DNA from: Podospora anserina
Lineage: Eukaryota
DNA length: 64,000 nucleotides
NCBI GenBank assembly: GCA_017654855.1
Contig: CM030332.1
Location: 7,440,001 to 7,504,000 of the forward strand
Direction: 5' to 3'
Each line of letters starts with the position of its first letter. Positions within the stretch are counted from its first letter, which is position 1. Under the pieces are notes generated by a model, which was given only the letters and a program-made list of their open reading frames with translations, did not search any database and was not told the DNA's origin. A program made the translations under genes and the position numbers. Positions 51,747 through 64,000 of the stretch are shown in pieces.

Positions 51747-54700
51747 AAGCAAAGTTTAGGGTCCAAACTAGACTTATAAGCCGTGGGTATTAAAGGAAGT
51801 ACGAAGCTACGAACGATAATAAGTACCAATAACTTTATTAAACCCCGCGAGGTTTAACGGAAATAATTTTTCTTTGTTTAATCGGATAAAGCTTTTTTAT
51901 TATCGACTAAACTCTAAACTTTTTACCCGCGAGTAGAGAGTTAAGTGTATAGTCCGGATAGGACCGGAAAATAAATTAAGAATATTAATTAAAATTAATT
52001 CGTTAGTAAACCTTATTTCCGCGTTAATTATTAAAGTCCTTTTTTATTTTTAATTAAAAGGAATCCTCCTAGTATATTATTTAATAATAATAGATAATCG
52101 TAGGGATTTCCGGGTTAATTTAATTTAGGATATCGGGAACTTAAAAGTAAGGAAACGAAAATACTTTCCTTTTAATTTAAGTAAATATAATTTATATTTA
52201 TATATTAAAATTATAAAGGATAACCGTTTTTATATTTTTAATAATATATATAAAGAAAAAACTATACTATTAATATAAATATAATAGTAATTATCGAGTA
52301 TCAATATATTTAATAATATCCTACTTATTACTTCGGTTAGTCTTCCCGGCGATAATTAAGGGTATTAAACTTTTACGGTTCGTTCCGTAATAAAAATAAC
52401 TATTTTAGCGGCTAAGTTCCCGGAATTATTACTATTCGTCCTTTCCCCGGCTACGAACCGCGCTTACCTTAAAGATACTAAGACCCTTCGCCCCCTTTTT
52501 AATTAAAGTAGCCCGACTATAAAGCTTAACGCTCCTAACGTATTAGGTAAACCTCGTACCTACCTAAATCCTATTACTTAGAATTATATTATACTTTTTA
52601 TTTAGTATACCGGATATCCCGCTCCTTTTTTTAGGTTTGCGTATTAATTTTAGTAACCCGGATACTTATATCCTATAGGAGTTTACTCCGATTATCGTTA
52701 CTTCTAAAGGTCCCCTACGTTTAATTATTTAACCCCCTATTTTATAATACCTATATATTTTTTTTAATATAAATTCCTTAATCTAAAGAAAGTTAGTTTT
52801 AAAAATAATTTTAAAAGGAAGTACTTTATAGAATATTTAAAGTATTTCGAGAATGCCTATAAAGAATATTATATTATAGAATTTATTTTTTACGTTCGTA
52901 AGTTTAAATCTTAATATAATTTCGATATAAGAAAATAGATTAATAAATATATAAACTTACCTATACCTACCGATATTTAATTTATTCTAATTATCCGCCT
53001 TAAACGCCTCTTTAAGATCTATAACCCCTAATAAAATAAAGATATCTATAGGGAATTAAATAACTTTTACGCTAAAGTTATTTCTAAAAATATAAGCGAG
53101 TTAAAGAAAGTTATTTTTAATTACTTTAAATTATTTTCTTGAGTACCGACTGGGGAGAAAGAGGTAGTAAAAGCTAGGGTTATTAGTTACTTTTAAATAA
53201 AATTCTTTAAATTAATAAGAATAACCTTTATTAACCGAAAAGGATCCGAATATCGTTTAAGATCTATAAATTTTATTATTTAAAGTAATTAGATTAATAA
53301 TATAATCGAAAATAGGTATAACGTAGGAGGAAGAATTTATAAGGAAAATAAATTAATTATTATACCCTCCCCTATTACTTTTAATTAGGCGGTTAAAATA
53401 TTCGATTAGTATATAGCGGTTAACGTTATAATAAATAGAGAAATAATATTATAGTATTTAAAGATAAATATTTATAGTAGTTTTTTTATATTGGGAAACG
53501 GTAAATTTAGGATAATAAGGACCCGCGTTTAATATTTAAAAAACTAAGTATTTTATTTTTTAGATTTTAGTATTAGCCCTAATAGGGAAATAGATTTGTT
53601 TTTTAATACCTTCCTTATTATTAATACTAAAACTTAGTTCGGAAGATTAGGGAGGTAATACCGCGATAGCCCTCCCTTATTAAGAAGGTGCTTTTAGTAC
53701 GGTAAGACTGGTTATTACGCTAAATCGACGGAGTATCCGAAGAAGGAGTATAATAAGGCGTAAGGACTGTACTATACTAAAGGAAGTAGAGTATATATCG
53801 GTAAGAAAGAGTAGCTGGAAAATAAAAAAGTATAATTTAATTAAAAGGATATAAGGAAGGCGTAGCGTAAAGGGAAAGTTAGTAATTTAGTTTGTATTAT
53901 AATTTCGTTAAAACTAAAATTAAATAGGGCCTATAAAGTTTATACGAAATAAGTTAAGTATTAGGAAACTCGTAAGGGTAAGGGATATAAGCCCGAAGTT
54001 TTTTTAATTAAAGGGAAGGAATAGATAGTTACTTAGATAGTTAGGGCTATAGATATTAAGTTAAATAAGCTTTATAGGTACTTTAAATTTTACGTACCGT
54101 TTAATAAGAATTTAATTAGTAACTATATTATTAGGAATGCTTTATAACGTTACTTAGTAAAAAAATAGTCGCTTAAAAGTATTTTAAAGCGCTTTAATAA
54201 TACTTTAATAATCGTTTATAATTAAGAGGTAAAAGTAGGGGTAAGCGCGTAAGGAGCGAAAAGAGTAAGGATCGAGGATTTACCGAAAGAGGATATAAAT
54301 AATTTAGCTTTAGTCGAAAATCTAAAAATAGTATTTACCTCCGCGTAAAAGAAATTAAAGGTAATTAAGGAGGGAGTTTCGTTCGATTAAGGGGATAGAG
54401 TCCGGAGTGGCTTAAGGTTACTTAATAGTAAAGTAAAGGACTTTAAAGATTATATTACCGAAAAAATTAAAAAATATATTTATAATTAAATTAAATTTAT
54501 ACTAAAAAAGCATTATAAAATTTTATTTATATTTATTTACCGGTTAATAAATTACGTAAAAAATATAATTAAAAATATTAAAGTAATTAAGTAGTATAGA
54601 TCTTCTAAAAGTACTTCGGATAGAAAAAGAAAAGTTTTATAAAAGGGGGAGGCTTTACCGTTAACGGTTCGGACAAATTTTTAGACGGCTAAACATAGTA

Positions 54701-57700
54701 AAACTCCTCCGTCTAATTAGAGGAAAATTGTTCCTACTTTATACGGGATTACGGCAAATAATAAGTATAGTATAATCGAGGGAGGTATCTGGGAGAAGAT
54801 TATCGAAGGTAAGGTTTAACCGGGTAATAGCCTAGAAGAGCGATTGCGGACTCTATTATTTACGCCTATTAGCCGGCTTTCCGGTAGTAAACGAACTTTC
54901 TTAAAAGCCGTTACTCGAACCTATAACGTTCTATCGTTATATTATAATTTCGTTTTATTAACTTTAAAGAAGGTATTAATAATATTAAATATAGGCTCGG
55001 AGTATAATTTAATTAGTAGGGCTATAATTAAAAGGTTTTGTTTACCGATAATATCGATAAACCTATAATTTAAAAGCCTTTATAAAAATCCGGTTACGTT
55101 TATAAATAAAACTTAAACTTTAATAATATTAATTAAAATTCTAATTTTATATTATTTTTTTATTATTAATAATATTAAAGTTTTAGGTTTTTATAACTTA
55201 TTATTAAGTATCCCGTTCTTTACGGATACGAGCCTTACCTTTAATTTTATAAAGGGCTATATAATTAACGTAAATATATTATATAAAGGAAAGCTAATTA
55301 AGGCTTACGTAGTAAAAAAGGAGGTAATTAATAAGATAAAGGCGGATTATAATAATAAGGATCGAGGTAATACCTTTCCTGTTAATTAACCTTTATAAAT
55401 ATTTAAGGGATTAGTTAATAAAGGAGTACCTATCCCTAAGTGGATAACGGAGGAATTAAAGGAAAGGAATAAAGTAATTAAAGGACTAAATAAAGGAGTT
55501 AAACGTTTTTTATTTAATTTTATTTTAAAGGAGTTAAATTTACTATTATTAAATTATTATTTAACGTTTAATATTATTTTTTATAAAAATAAAGAAAAGG
55601 GGGATATTAGGAGTAAGGGAGGAAAAAATATTAGTAATTAAAAAGAAAGAAAGAAGGGAAATATAAAGAATTATTAAAAAGAAAAGTCTTTATTTTAATT
55701 TAGAAAAATAAAAATTACGATAAAAACTTTAACTTCGGACAAAATTTTAAGGAAAGAACGACCGTTATTACCGACCTTTATAATAGATCTATATTTAGTA
55801 CCGTCGTTATTACTATTAAAGATATTGCTACCGTTTAATTAAAAGACTAGTAGGATAACCCTATTTAAGCCCAATATAGTATCCTTATACTTAAGGATAT
55901 TTAATTGGTTCCTTATTTAATTAAGTTAGCGTAGCCTCTTTACTATATAACTATATAAACGTTATTTACCTTCGCTCCCTTCTAAAAAAAAAAATAATAT
56001 AAAAATTAACCTAATTACTACTTTTAAATAGGCTTAACTAACGCCTACGGATATTATTATTATTATTATAATATATAAAAAAGTAAATAAAAAGGTAAAG
56101 CCGGTTAATAATATTAGGTTAAATAGTAATATTTTTAAAGGAAATCCGAACTAGAAAGTAAAGAGATAGGCGGTAATTAAAGAATCCCTATAATATAATT
56201 TAAAATTTAATAATATTATAGTCTTTAAATTTTTTAAAATAATTAAAGGGTTACGCTTTATTCTAAAACGCTTAGCCGATTTAATTAAATAAACTATTAA
56301 TATTTTAATAAATTAAGAGGTTAAAGTATTTATAATAATTTTATTTATAAGGGAAGCTATATTAATATAGAACTTTATTGAATATAGATAGATCTTTAAA
56401 AAAGTCTTTTTTATTTAATATATTAAGACTATCCTTTATAAAGTATAGTAAAGTAAGTTTATTTCGATCCCAAAGTTATTTATAAGGAAAGTTATTAATT
56501 TTTTTAGGGAATAAATTAAAAAAAATATTATTAAGGAAGCGTATAGTCCCTACCGTAATAATTAGTTCCTAATAAAAAAAAAAAATAATAGCCTCCGTCT
56601 AATTAACGATACTTAAAGATATAATAAAGTTATATAACGAGATACCTTTATCTTATTAAGTATTAAGGAGTTTAGCGAGGACTTTATAAGGTACTTTATT
56701 ACTTCCTTACTTAACTTTTTTTCCGGATATAATTAAATTAAATTAGCCTTAACGAGCCGAAACCTTATTACTTTTATAATATTTATCGGCCTATTTAGGA
56801 TATATACCTTACTTTAAGGAGCTACTAACTTAATAGTTTAATTCTAAAAAGCCGTAATTAAAGTTTTTTAAAATTTTATCCTATAAATATATTAATTATA
56901 TTTAAACGATATTATAGTAAAAGGGTTAAGGTAGGACTATAATAGTAAAAAAGAAAGGTTAGGAATTAGGAAGTAGGTCCTAGAGTATTTAAAGAATATT
57001 AACGTAGTTTTATTTAACTATAAGCTTATAGGAACTATAATTGTAGCCGTAAAATCCCTTTAGTATAGACGGGAAGCTATTATCTTTAGTTATTCCTATA
57101 TACTAGACGGGTATTTCCCTAATTAAATAAAAATAATAAAAATAAGGGAATAGCGAACTTACTATAATCTTAAGGATATTTATGCTTTTCTAAGGATTAC
57201 CGGTTATTATCGGCTATAAGTACCTCTCTTTAATTTAATCGTAGTTCCGTTATATTTTTTAATAAGGAAGGATACAAGATAGGAATGGACGGAAGCTTAA
57301 TAGGGTACGATAGAGTAGCTTACCTTTCTAATTATAAAGGTACTATATTTAATTTCTTTAACGTTTAATAACGATCGTTTCGGTAAAATCTTTATTATTT
57401 TTAATATAAGTTTAACGGAGTAAAGAGTAGTAATTAAATAAGTAGGATTTAATAGAAAACGGTACCCTTATTAGTTTAAAAGTAGTATTTAAAGCCCGGC
57501 TAAATAAAGGTATAATATTATTAAGAGGGAGTTAAGAGGATTATTATATATTTTAAGGAGATTTAGAAGGTATTTTTTCGGGGTATATTTTACGGTAGAA
57601 ACGGACGCTTAAGTAGTAATTTATTAAGTTTAAGGGGCGGCTAGTAACGTTCCCGGCGCTTTAATAATAAAATAGTTAAAATAGATTAAACTTTTCGACT

Positions 57701-60700
57701 TTATAATTATTTATATCTTTAGGAGTAAGAACCTTATAATAAACGTACTATTAAGAAAACTACTTAGCCCCTTTAATTTAAGGGAGAAGGAGTTAGAGCT
57801 AAATATTAATAATAAGGTTAATGTAAGGATCTAGAAAAACGATATCCAGGAAATAAATATTTAACGGATAAATATTAAAAAAAAAAAAAAGAAAGTTATT
57901 AAGTAAGGCCCCTACTTAAATGGACTATAGTTTCCTTATTCCTATACTATCGCCGAGTTCCTCGCGATTAATACGGAGCTAAGGGCTAAAACGAGGTTTA
58001 ATATTTAAATTATTAAGAATAATATTTTAAAAATAATTCTTAAAAATAAAATTTTATTTTTTAAATTAAATAAAGGAAGCTTTCCCTTTAGGAGAATTAT
58101 TAACCTTTTAATCGAGCGGGAAAAAGTCTTTAATATATATTATAACGAAATAGGTTATAAAGGACGGGAAATTATTTATACCCGAATAATAAAAAATTAT
58201 TATTAGAAAAGTATATACGTTAACGTCGAGGTTTAGATTAAAATATATAAATAATATTAATAATAGAGCCCGAAGCGTTAGGAGGATTAGTACTTATATA
58301 TTAAACCTTTAATTACTTTATTTACGAAGTAATATTTAAACGTTTAGTTTTTATTAACGATTTCGGGAAAAAAAACTTACTTTTTAAAAGCGAGGGATAA
58401 CTTAATTAAGTATCTAGAAACGAAGGTCTTAAATTTAAATAAGGCTTTTAGGGTTAAAAATTTTATCCTATATAATATTATCCTTAGATAGGGTTACCCT
58501 CTAATCGTAATAGTGGACGGCGGATTAGAATTTAAGAAGGAAGCTATTAAGATTTTAGAGAGGCTAGGAGTTTTTCGGGTAGTAGTCTTACTTTATAACG
58601 TAAGAATAAATAAAGTAATAGAGTTTAGTTATATCCTAATTATATTGATATTAATAAAAATAATAAATAGAACGGAGAAGAAGTAAAAGTAGTAGTTCCC
58701 TTATATATTATTTATTAATAAAATTATAATATAAGATATTTATAAGTATAATACTTTTTATTTAGTATATAGGTTTAACCCTATTACGCTAATCGAAAAG
58801 GACGTACCGTTATAGAAAGTCGTTTAGTAAGAAAAGATTAGCTTTAATAGATTAGGGAAATATTAAAAGGAGAGAGCGATTATAGATTTAATAGAGGTAA
58901 AGGCGAAATTATTAAAATCCTAGGAGATAAATCTAACTCTAGTAGTTAAGAGGGTTAGTATAGTAAAATAAAAAGTTACGGTAAAAAAGAATAGAAAAGG
59001 GATTCGTAATATTAGGTTTAAGAATAATATAATTAAAAGGAAGGATTTAATATTAGTATATAAAATAAATAAAAAGTTAAATATAAGTGTAGTAAGGAAA
59101 TTATAGTACCGCTGGGACGGCCTTTTTAAAGTAAGGAAGGTTAAATTAAGTAATATTTATTATTTTTTAAAAATATTAGATAAAGTATTATTACGAGTTT
59201 CTTATACGTTAAATAGGGTAAAGAAGTTTTTTAAATTAAAAAATATATATATAGATAAAGAGGATACGGATATGTAGCTAGGATTAGGGAAAGTTAAGTA
59301 AGTACCTAGAAATAAAGTAAAGGAAGGCGTGGATATAGTGGAAGATAAGGATAAAGAAAAAGAGATAGTAAAAGAAATATTAGGGAGAATAATAATTAGG
59401 GGGAAGATTTAAATAGAACAGAAGAATACTAAGGTATAGAAGAGATTTAAGAAGGGTAAAAGTATAAAGATAGTCCTAAAGAAAGGTAGATTAAAGGACT
59501 TTTTAGGTAATTAGGGGGAAATAATAATAAAAGTATTATAATTATTATTTTTCTTTAAGAGGATACTAAAATTTATATTATAAGAATAGAGTTATAGAAG
59601 TTATTTATTTTTAAAAAAAGGAAAGATATTAAGGGAGGTAATTAATTAAAGTAAAGATTATTATATTAAATTTTTAATTTTTTTTTTTTTTTTTTTTATT
59701 ATTTTTTTTTCCGATTTACTCCTTTCTTTATACCCCTTTCTTTAATCTAAAAAAATAAAAAACTATTTTTTTTTTTTTTCTTCTCTTTCTTCTTATTTAT
59801 TTATTATTTCCTAAGTTCTTTATACTTAACCCGCTATTTTTTTTATTCCTAATCCTAATCGACTTCTTTATTATTAAGAATTAAGTTTACAGCACTATAA
59901 TTTAACTTCGATAACCCACTATTATTAAAATCTTTAAAGTAAGGGCTATCCTTATTAATATTAAATTATAAATAATAAATACCTTTATATTAATAATTTC
60001 CGTATTTTTAATCGAGGTTCTCTCTTTTTATATAACCGAAATATAATTATATTACTTTAGTTTTAATCTTATCGGGGAACGTTATAAAAGACCGGCGATA
60101 ATTTTAATTATATTTATTATATAAATTAATATAATTAAATTTAATATATTAGTATTAAACTAAGTTTAATTAGGGGGGCGGTATTTATAATAATCCGGTA
60201 ACCTAAATAAATAAACCTTTAAAACGATAAACCCGTTTAACGATTTCGAAAAACTAGCGCCCGAAGAATTACCTATTAAACCGTTTAACGAAAATCCGTT
60301 TAACGGAACCGATTAATAACGCTTTAAAAATATAATTAATAATAGTTTTATCTATATTAATATCTTTAAAAAATAATTATTACTCTTTCTTACCCCCCTT
60401 CTTTATTGGATTAGGGAGGAACTATTTAAAGTAAAGGGGAGTAATTACGTATTTAGGATCTAAAGGGGAAATCTTAAAGTACTAAAAAATAGTTTAATAG
60501 GGGAGAGAAATATCGTAATAAATATTAATACTTTTAGGTATAGTAGAGTCGTAAATGTAAGTAGGACGCTAAACTTAAACGTACCTTTTATAAGTAACGC
60601 TTTAATTATTGGGAGTACGGGTAAGGTTGGTGGGACGATAAGTGAGGGTAGTAAGTAAAGGCTTTTAAGTAGGGTTTATAGCGACCTTGGATTAATCGTA

Positions 60701-62867
60701 TATAGTAAGGTTAAAGATTCCCTCGACTTAATTAAAAAGTTTTTTAATAAAAAAGGTTATGGATACCTAAATAGTAAAGTCGTTGACCGCTTAATCGGAT
60801 GAAGTAATAGGTTTTTTTAAAGAAAAGGCTATTGGGAGGAAGTAGTTAATAAGTATTAAAAAAGATAAGGAATAAGTAGGAATAAAGAAAATTAGTATAG
60901 GTATTTATAATTAGAGGATAGAACGGTACGACTAATCTTATAGACCTTTATAGGAGGGAGACTTATTAGAGCGCTCTTTTCTCCTTAAACGGCTTACGTA
61001 ACTATTTAATAATCTTACCTTATAAGCTAGGTAAATAATAAAGAATAAAGACTTACCGAAAACCTTTTTCCCTCTTTAACTTTTTATTCTAAAAAAATTC
61101 CTTACTTCCCTCTCGATAACCCTTTAATTATAAATTATACTATATATTACTCCCTCTTAATTCTTATAGAATAATATTATTAACGTTTTTTATAAAGTCT
61201 ATTTACGATATATTATAGGAAGAATTTACCGCTACTAAGAAATTCGGCCCTCCTAATAATCTCGTTAAAGAAATTATTCGGAAAGTACGTTTTTAAAGTA
61301 TTAATAGGGTCTATAGCTTTAGTCCTCCGCGCAGTATTTTCCTTCTTTAAAGTAATAATATTTTTTAGCCTATTTATTTTAGCCTTAACCTAGTTACTAA
61401 CCTAAAAAATTATATTATAGGAAGGCGGCCCGATTAAATTAATATTATTTTCGTAAAATAATTTTCGATTAATATTATTAAATATTTTTTTTTTAATTTA
61501 AAAATAACGATCCCCTTTAATCGAACTTATATTTATAGTATTTATATAACTTCCCTTACTTATATTATATATAATCTTTAAAATTAATTAAAGGTTAAAT
61601 AGTAATTTATTAACTCGGTCCTTACCTATACTCTTCGGTATTTTCTTTAAAGAATCCTTAAGCGTTATATATAGATTTCTAAAAAGCCTTTAAACCTTAT
61701 TATAATAAAGTCGTCGATACGCTTTTTCCTGCCTAACGATAACTATAACGCCTTTAACCGACGATACTAGGTCCTCCCTATTTATATTAATAACGGAAAT
61801 TATTAAGTAATAAATATTTATAACGTTACTATTAATATTTTAGTTTATATAGACTCGTTAAAGGATTGAAAGGGGTATTAAGCTATTACTATTTTTTACT
61901 TAATATTTTATATCCGTTACACTTTCTACTATAGCCTTAACGTAAAAGTAAAGAGGCTAGCTTACGGTAAATAAGGCGGGGCGTAGGAATATAGTCTTTA
62001 GGTCTTAAAGTACTACCGTACTTACTTTTAAAGAAGTATTTTATACAGTAAAAAGAAGGATTTAACGGTAATAAAGGTTTAGAAAGGAAATTATTATTAT
62101 AGAGATTATAAGACCGTAGGCGTTATAGGGAAGAAAATAATAAGGTTATAGATAGTTTATATAAAAAGGTTTTTAAATTATAAATCTAATTAAAGGGTAT
62201 ATAATAAAAAATAAAGGAGGAAGGGCTTAAAGGATTTAATAGACGCGGAAGGATTTAACTTATTAAATACCTTTTTATTTTTTTTTAAATTTCTATTAAT
62301 TCCCCGGTTTACTTCCCTCCCTAGTTCTTCATTAGTTTTAATTATTATTATTAAAGGAAATAAATACGTTATAGGTCTTCCTTTTAATTATAAAGGGTTT
62401 AAATTAAATAACATATCGAATAACTTTTAACGATTAAGTAAAGTAATAACCTCCTTTAGGTTCCGTATTCTTATAATAATAAACTCGCTATTCCTCTTTA
62501 AGCTTATAATTACCCGTCCCCCTATTTATAATTACTTAAGATCGCTAATAATATACCTTTCGCCTAATTATATACTTAGTTTTATAGGATAGGAGTAGGT
62601 TCCTAAAGTTCCTTAAAAACGAAGGGAGGAAGTCGTTAGGTTACTAATTATAATAGTTCGATAGGGATAGAGGTATACTCTAAAATCCGAAAAGTAAGGG
62701 TACTTTTCTCTTTAATTAAGGGAGAATAGATAAAGGGATAGTAGGATTATATCGTTTTCCTTTCTTTTTACTAAACAATATTTTCTTTTTTTTTAGTTTA
62801 TAAAGGATTTTTTTCTTATATACGTATTTACCTACTGGTTTATAGTGGTTAAATGCGAAGGGAGGTT

Positions 62868-63230
62868 TGGTTTAGGGTGCGGCTATAGGCCTGAGAGTAT
62901 AAGTAAGGAAGCGGGGCTCTCAGAGGACTCAGGGGTTCAGGGGTTATATATATAAGCGGTCTACTTCGGACATTCTATTTTAAATAGATTATCGACTTTT
63001 ATTCTTTTCTTCGTATTTGGTGCCTTGCACGCGTGCAGGCAATTCTGGCCCTCTGATCAGGCCAATCCGGTGCTTATTATGTGGCCTGCGAGCCCATAGT
63101 GTCTTTTCTTTGTCCTACGTGAAGTGCGGCCTGCGAGCGAGTCACTGTCACGTAGGTGTGTTCATTCTGAGACCTATTGAGGGTATATTTGTGGTGTTGT
63201 GGTTGTTTTGTGTGTTTTCTCACCATTTCA
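62868..63230 (+). repeat. 3' LTR of the complete element
   Basis: Preceded by PPT GAAGGGAGGTT; ends CCATTTCA; same length as the 5' LTR, with transition-type differences. Confidence 0.95.
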
Positions 63231-64000
63231 GTATAGGAGTAAAAAGATTATAATTTATTTAAATAAGGGCCTTACTTAATAATTTTTTTTTTTTTTTAAT
63301 ATTTATTTATTAAATATTTATTTTTTAAATATTATTTTTTTAAATTTTTACGTTAATTTTATTATTAATATTTAACTTTAATTTTTTTTCCCTTAAATTA
63401 AAGGGGCTAAATAGCTTTTTCGATAATACGTTTATTATAAGGTTTTTACTTTTAAAAATATAAATAATTATAAAATTAAAAAGTTTAATTTATTTTAATT
63501 ATTTTATTATTAAAGTACCAGGAATATTATTAGCCGCCCCCTAGACTTAATAGACTATTATTTAAACGTCCGTTTTTACCGTAAAGTATATCCTAAAAAA
63601 ATACCTTTTAAATTTCTTTAAAGTATATAATAGTCCTCTCAATTCCCTCTTAATAATATTATATTTCTATTTAACTAGGTTTTAAATATTATTTTTAAAT
63701 TAATAAGAATACCGTTTTCTATTAAATTTTATTTATTTAATTACCGTTCCCTACCCCGTTAAACTTATATTAAAAATAATAAAGATTTACTAAAACGGTT
63801 ATTATTAAATATTAAAAAAATTAAATATAATACCTCTATAATTAAAAAAGTAAATTACTTTATTATATTTTATTAAATTTCTATTTATTCCTATCTCGTA
63901 TCTTTCTTTATTAAAAAATATAATAAAACTATAATTAAATTAAAGAGAGATACTTATAACTAATAGTAATTAATAATCCTTAAAAAAGTATAAATATCTT
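63231..64000 (-). mobile_element. Continuation (RNase H/RT region) of the interrupted minus-strand copy, running off the window
   Basis: Reverse complement of ~57173-57947; joins 51362 seamlessly across a single GTAT copy. Confidence 0.9.

Larger units (their letters stand above)
51363..63230 (+). mobile_element. Structurally complete, RIP-inactivated Ty3/gypsy LTR retrotransposon (Ylt1-like, no chromodomain), 11868 bp
   Basis: 363-bp LTRs 51363-51725 and 62868-63230 (TG...CA), 4-bp TSD GTAT, PBS 51728-51746, PPT 62857-62867. Degenerate gag Zn knuckle ~53689 (CF*YGKTGYYAKSTEYP), protease ~54985 (LNIGSE from LDTGSE), RT from 56701 (SLLNFFSGYN*I..L*GATN..YLNDIIVKG), RNase H ~57400-57750 (FTVETDA), integrase ~58140-59200 (VDGGLEFK, RWDGLFKV). 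Domain order PR-RT-RH-IN. Confidence 0.95.

Noticed and set aside
51512-63253. Near-identical 78-aa ORFs at 51512 and 63017
   Set aside because: Incidental frames inside the two LTRs, with non-ATG starts.
43150-64000. AT-rich block as mitochondrial insertion, horizontally acquired DNA or a Starship-type element
   Set aside because: Almost entirely explained by RIP-mutated LTR retrotransposons; no mitochondrial genes or tyrosine-recombinase captain recognised.

Overview
Eukaryotic fungal genomic DNA. Intron signals, gene content and RIP signatures indicate a Sordariomycete, most likely Sordariales/Podospora-like (inference). Bases 1-~43150 are a gene-rich, roughly balanced-GC region with ten protein-coding genes: a truncated proline-rich hypothetical protein, a 984-aa hypothetical protein, ATP sulfurylase (MET3), a ~2680-aa secreted Ser/Thr-rich protein with ~45-50 P[YF]PxxNx[ST] repeats, an EI24/Rrt8-like membrane protein, GDT1, a telobox-type Myb protein, coatomer gamma (SEC21), a choline/ethanolamine phosphotransferase and an Fcr3/RsmA-like bZIP factor. 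From ~43150 to the end lies a very AT-rich, RIP-mutated nest of LTR retrotransposons. It holds two solo LTRs with a shared 3' half but unrelated 5' halves, the 3' end of a chromoviral Ty3/gypsy element, and three nested copies of one Ylt1-like Ty3/gypsy family. One copy is structurally complete (51363-63230, 363-bp LTRs, PBS, PPT, 4-bp TSD) and carries an unexplained ~3.2-kb extra segment with remnants of antisense ORF(s). No tRNA, rRNA or CRISPR features were recognised. All splice models and alignments were made by eye.
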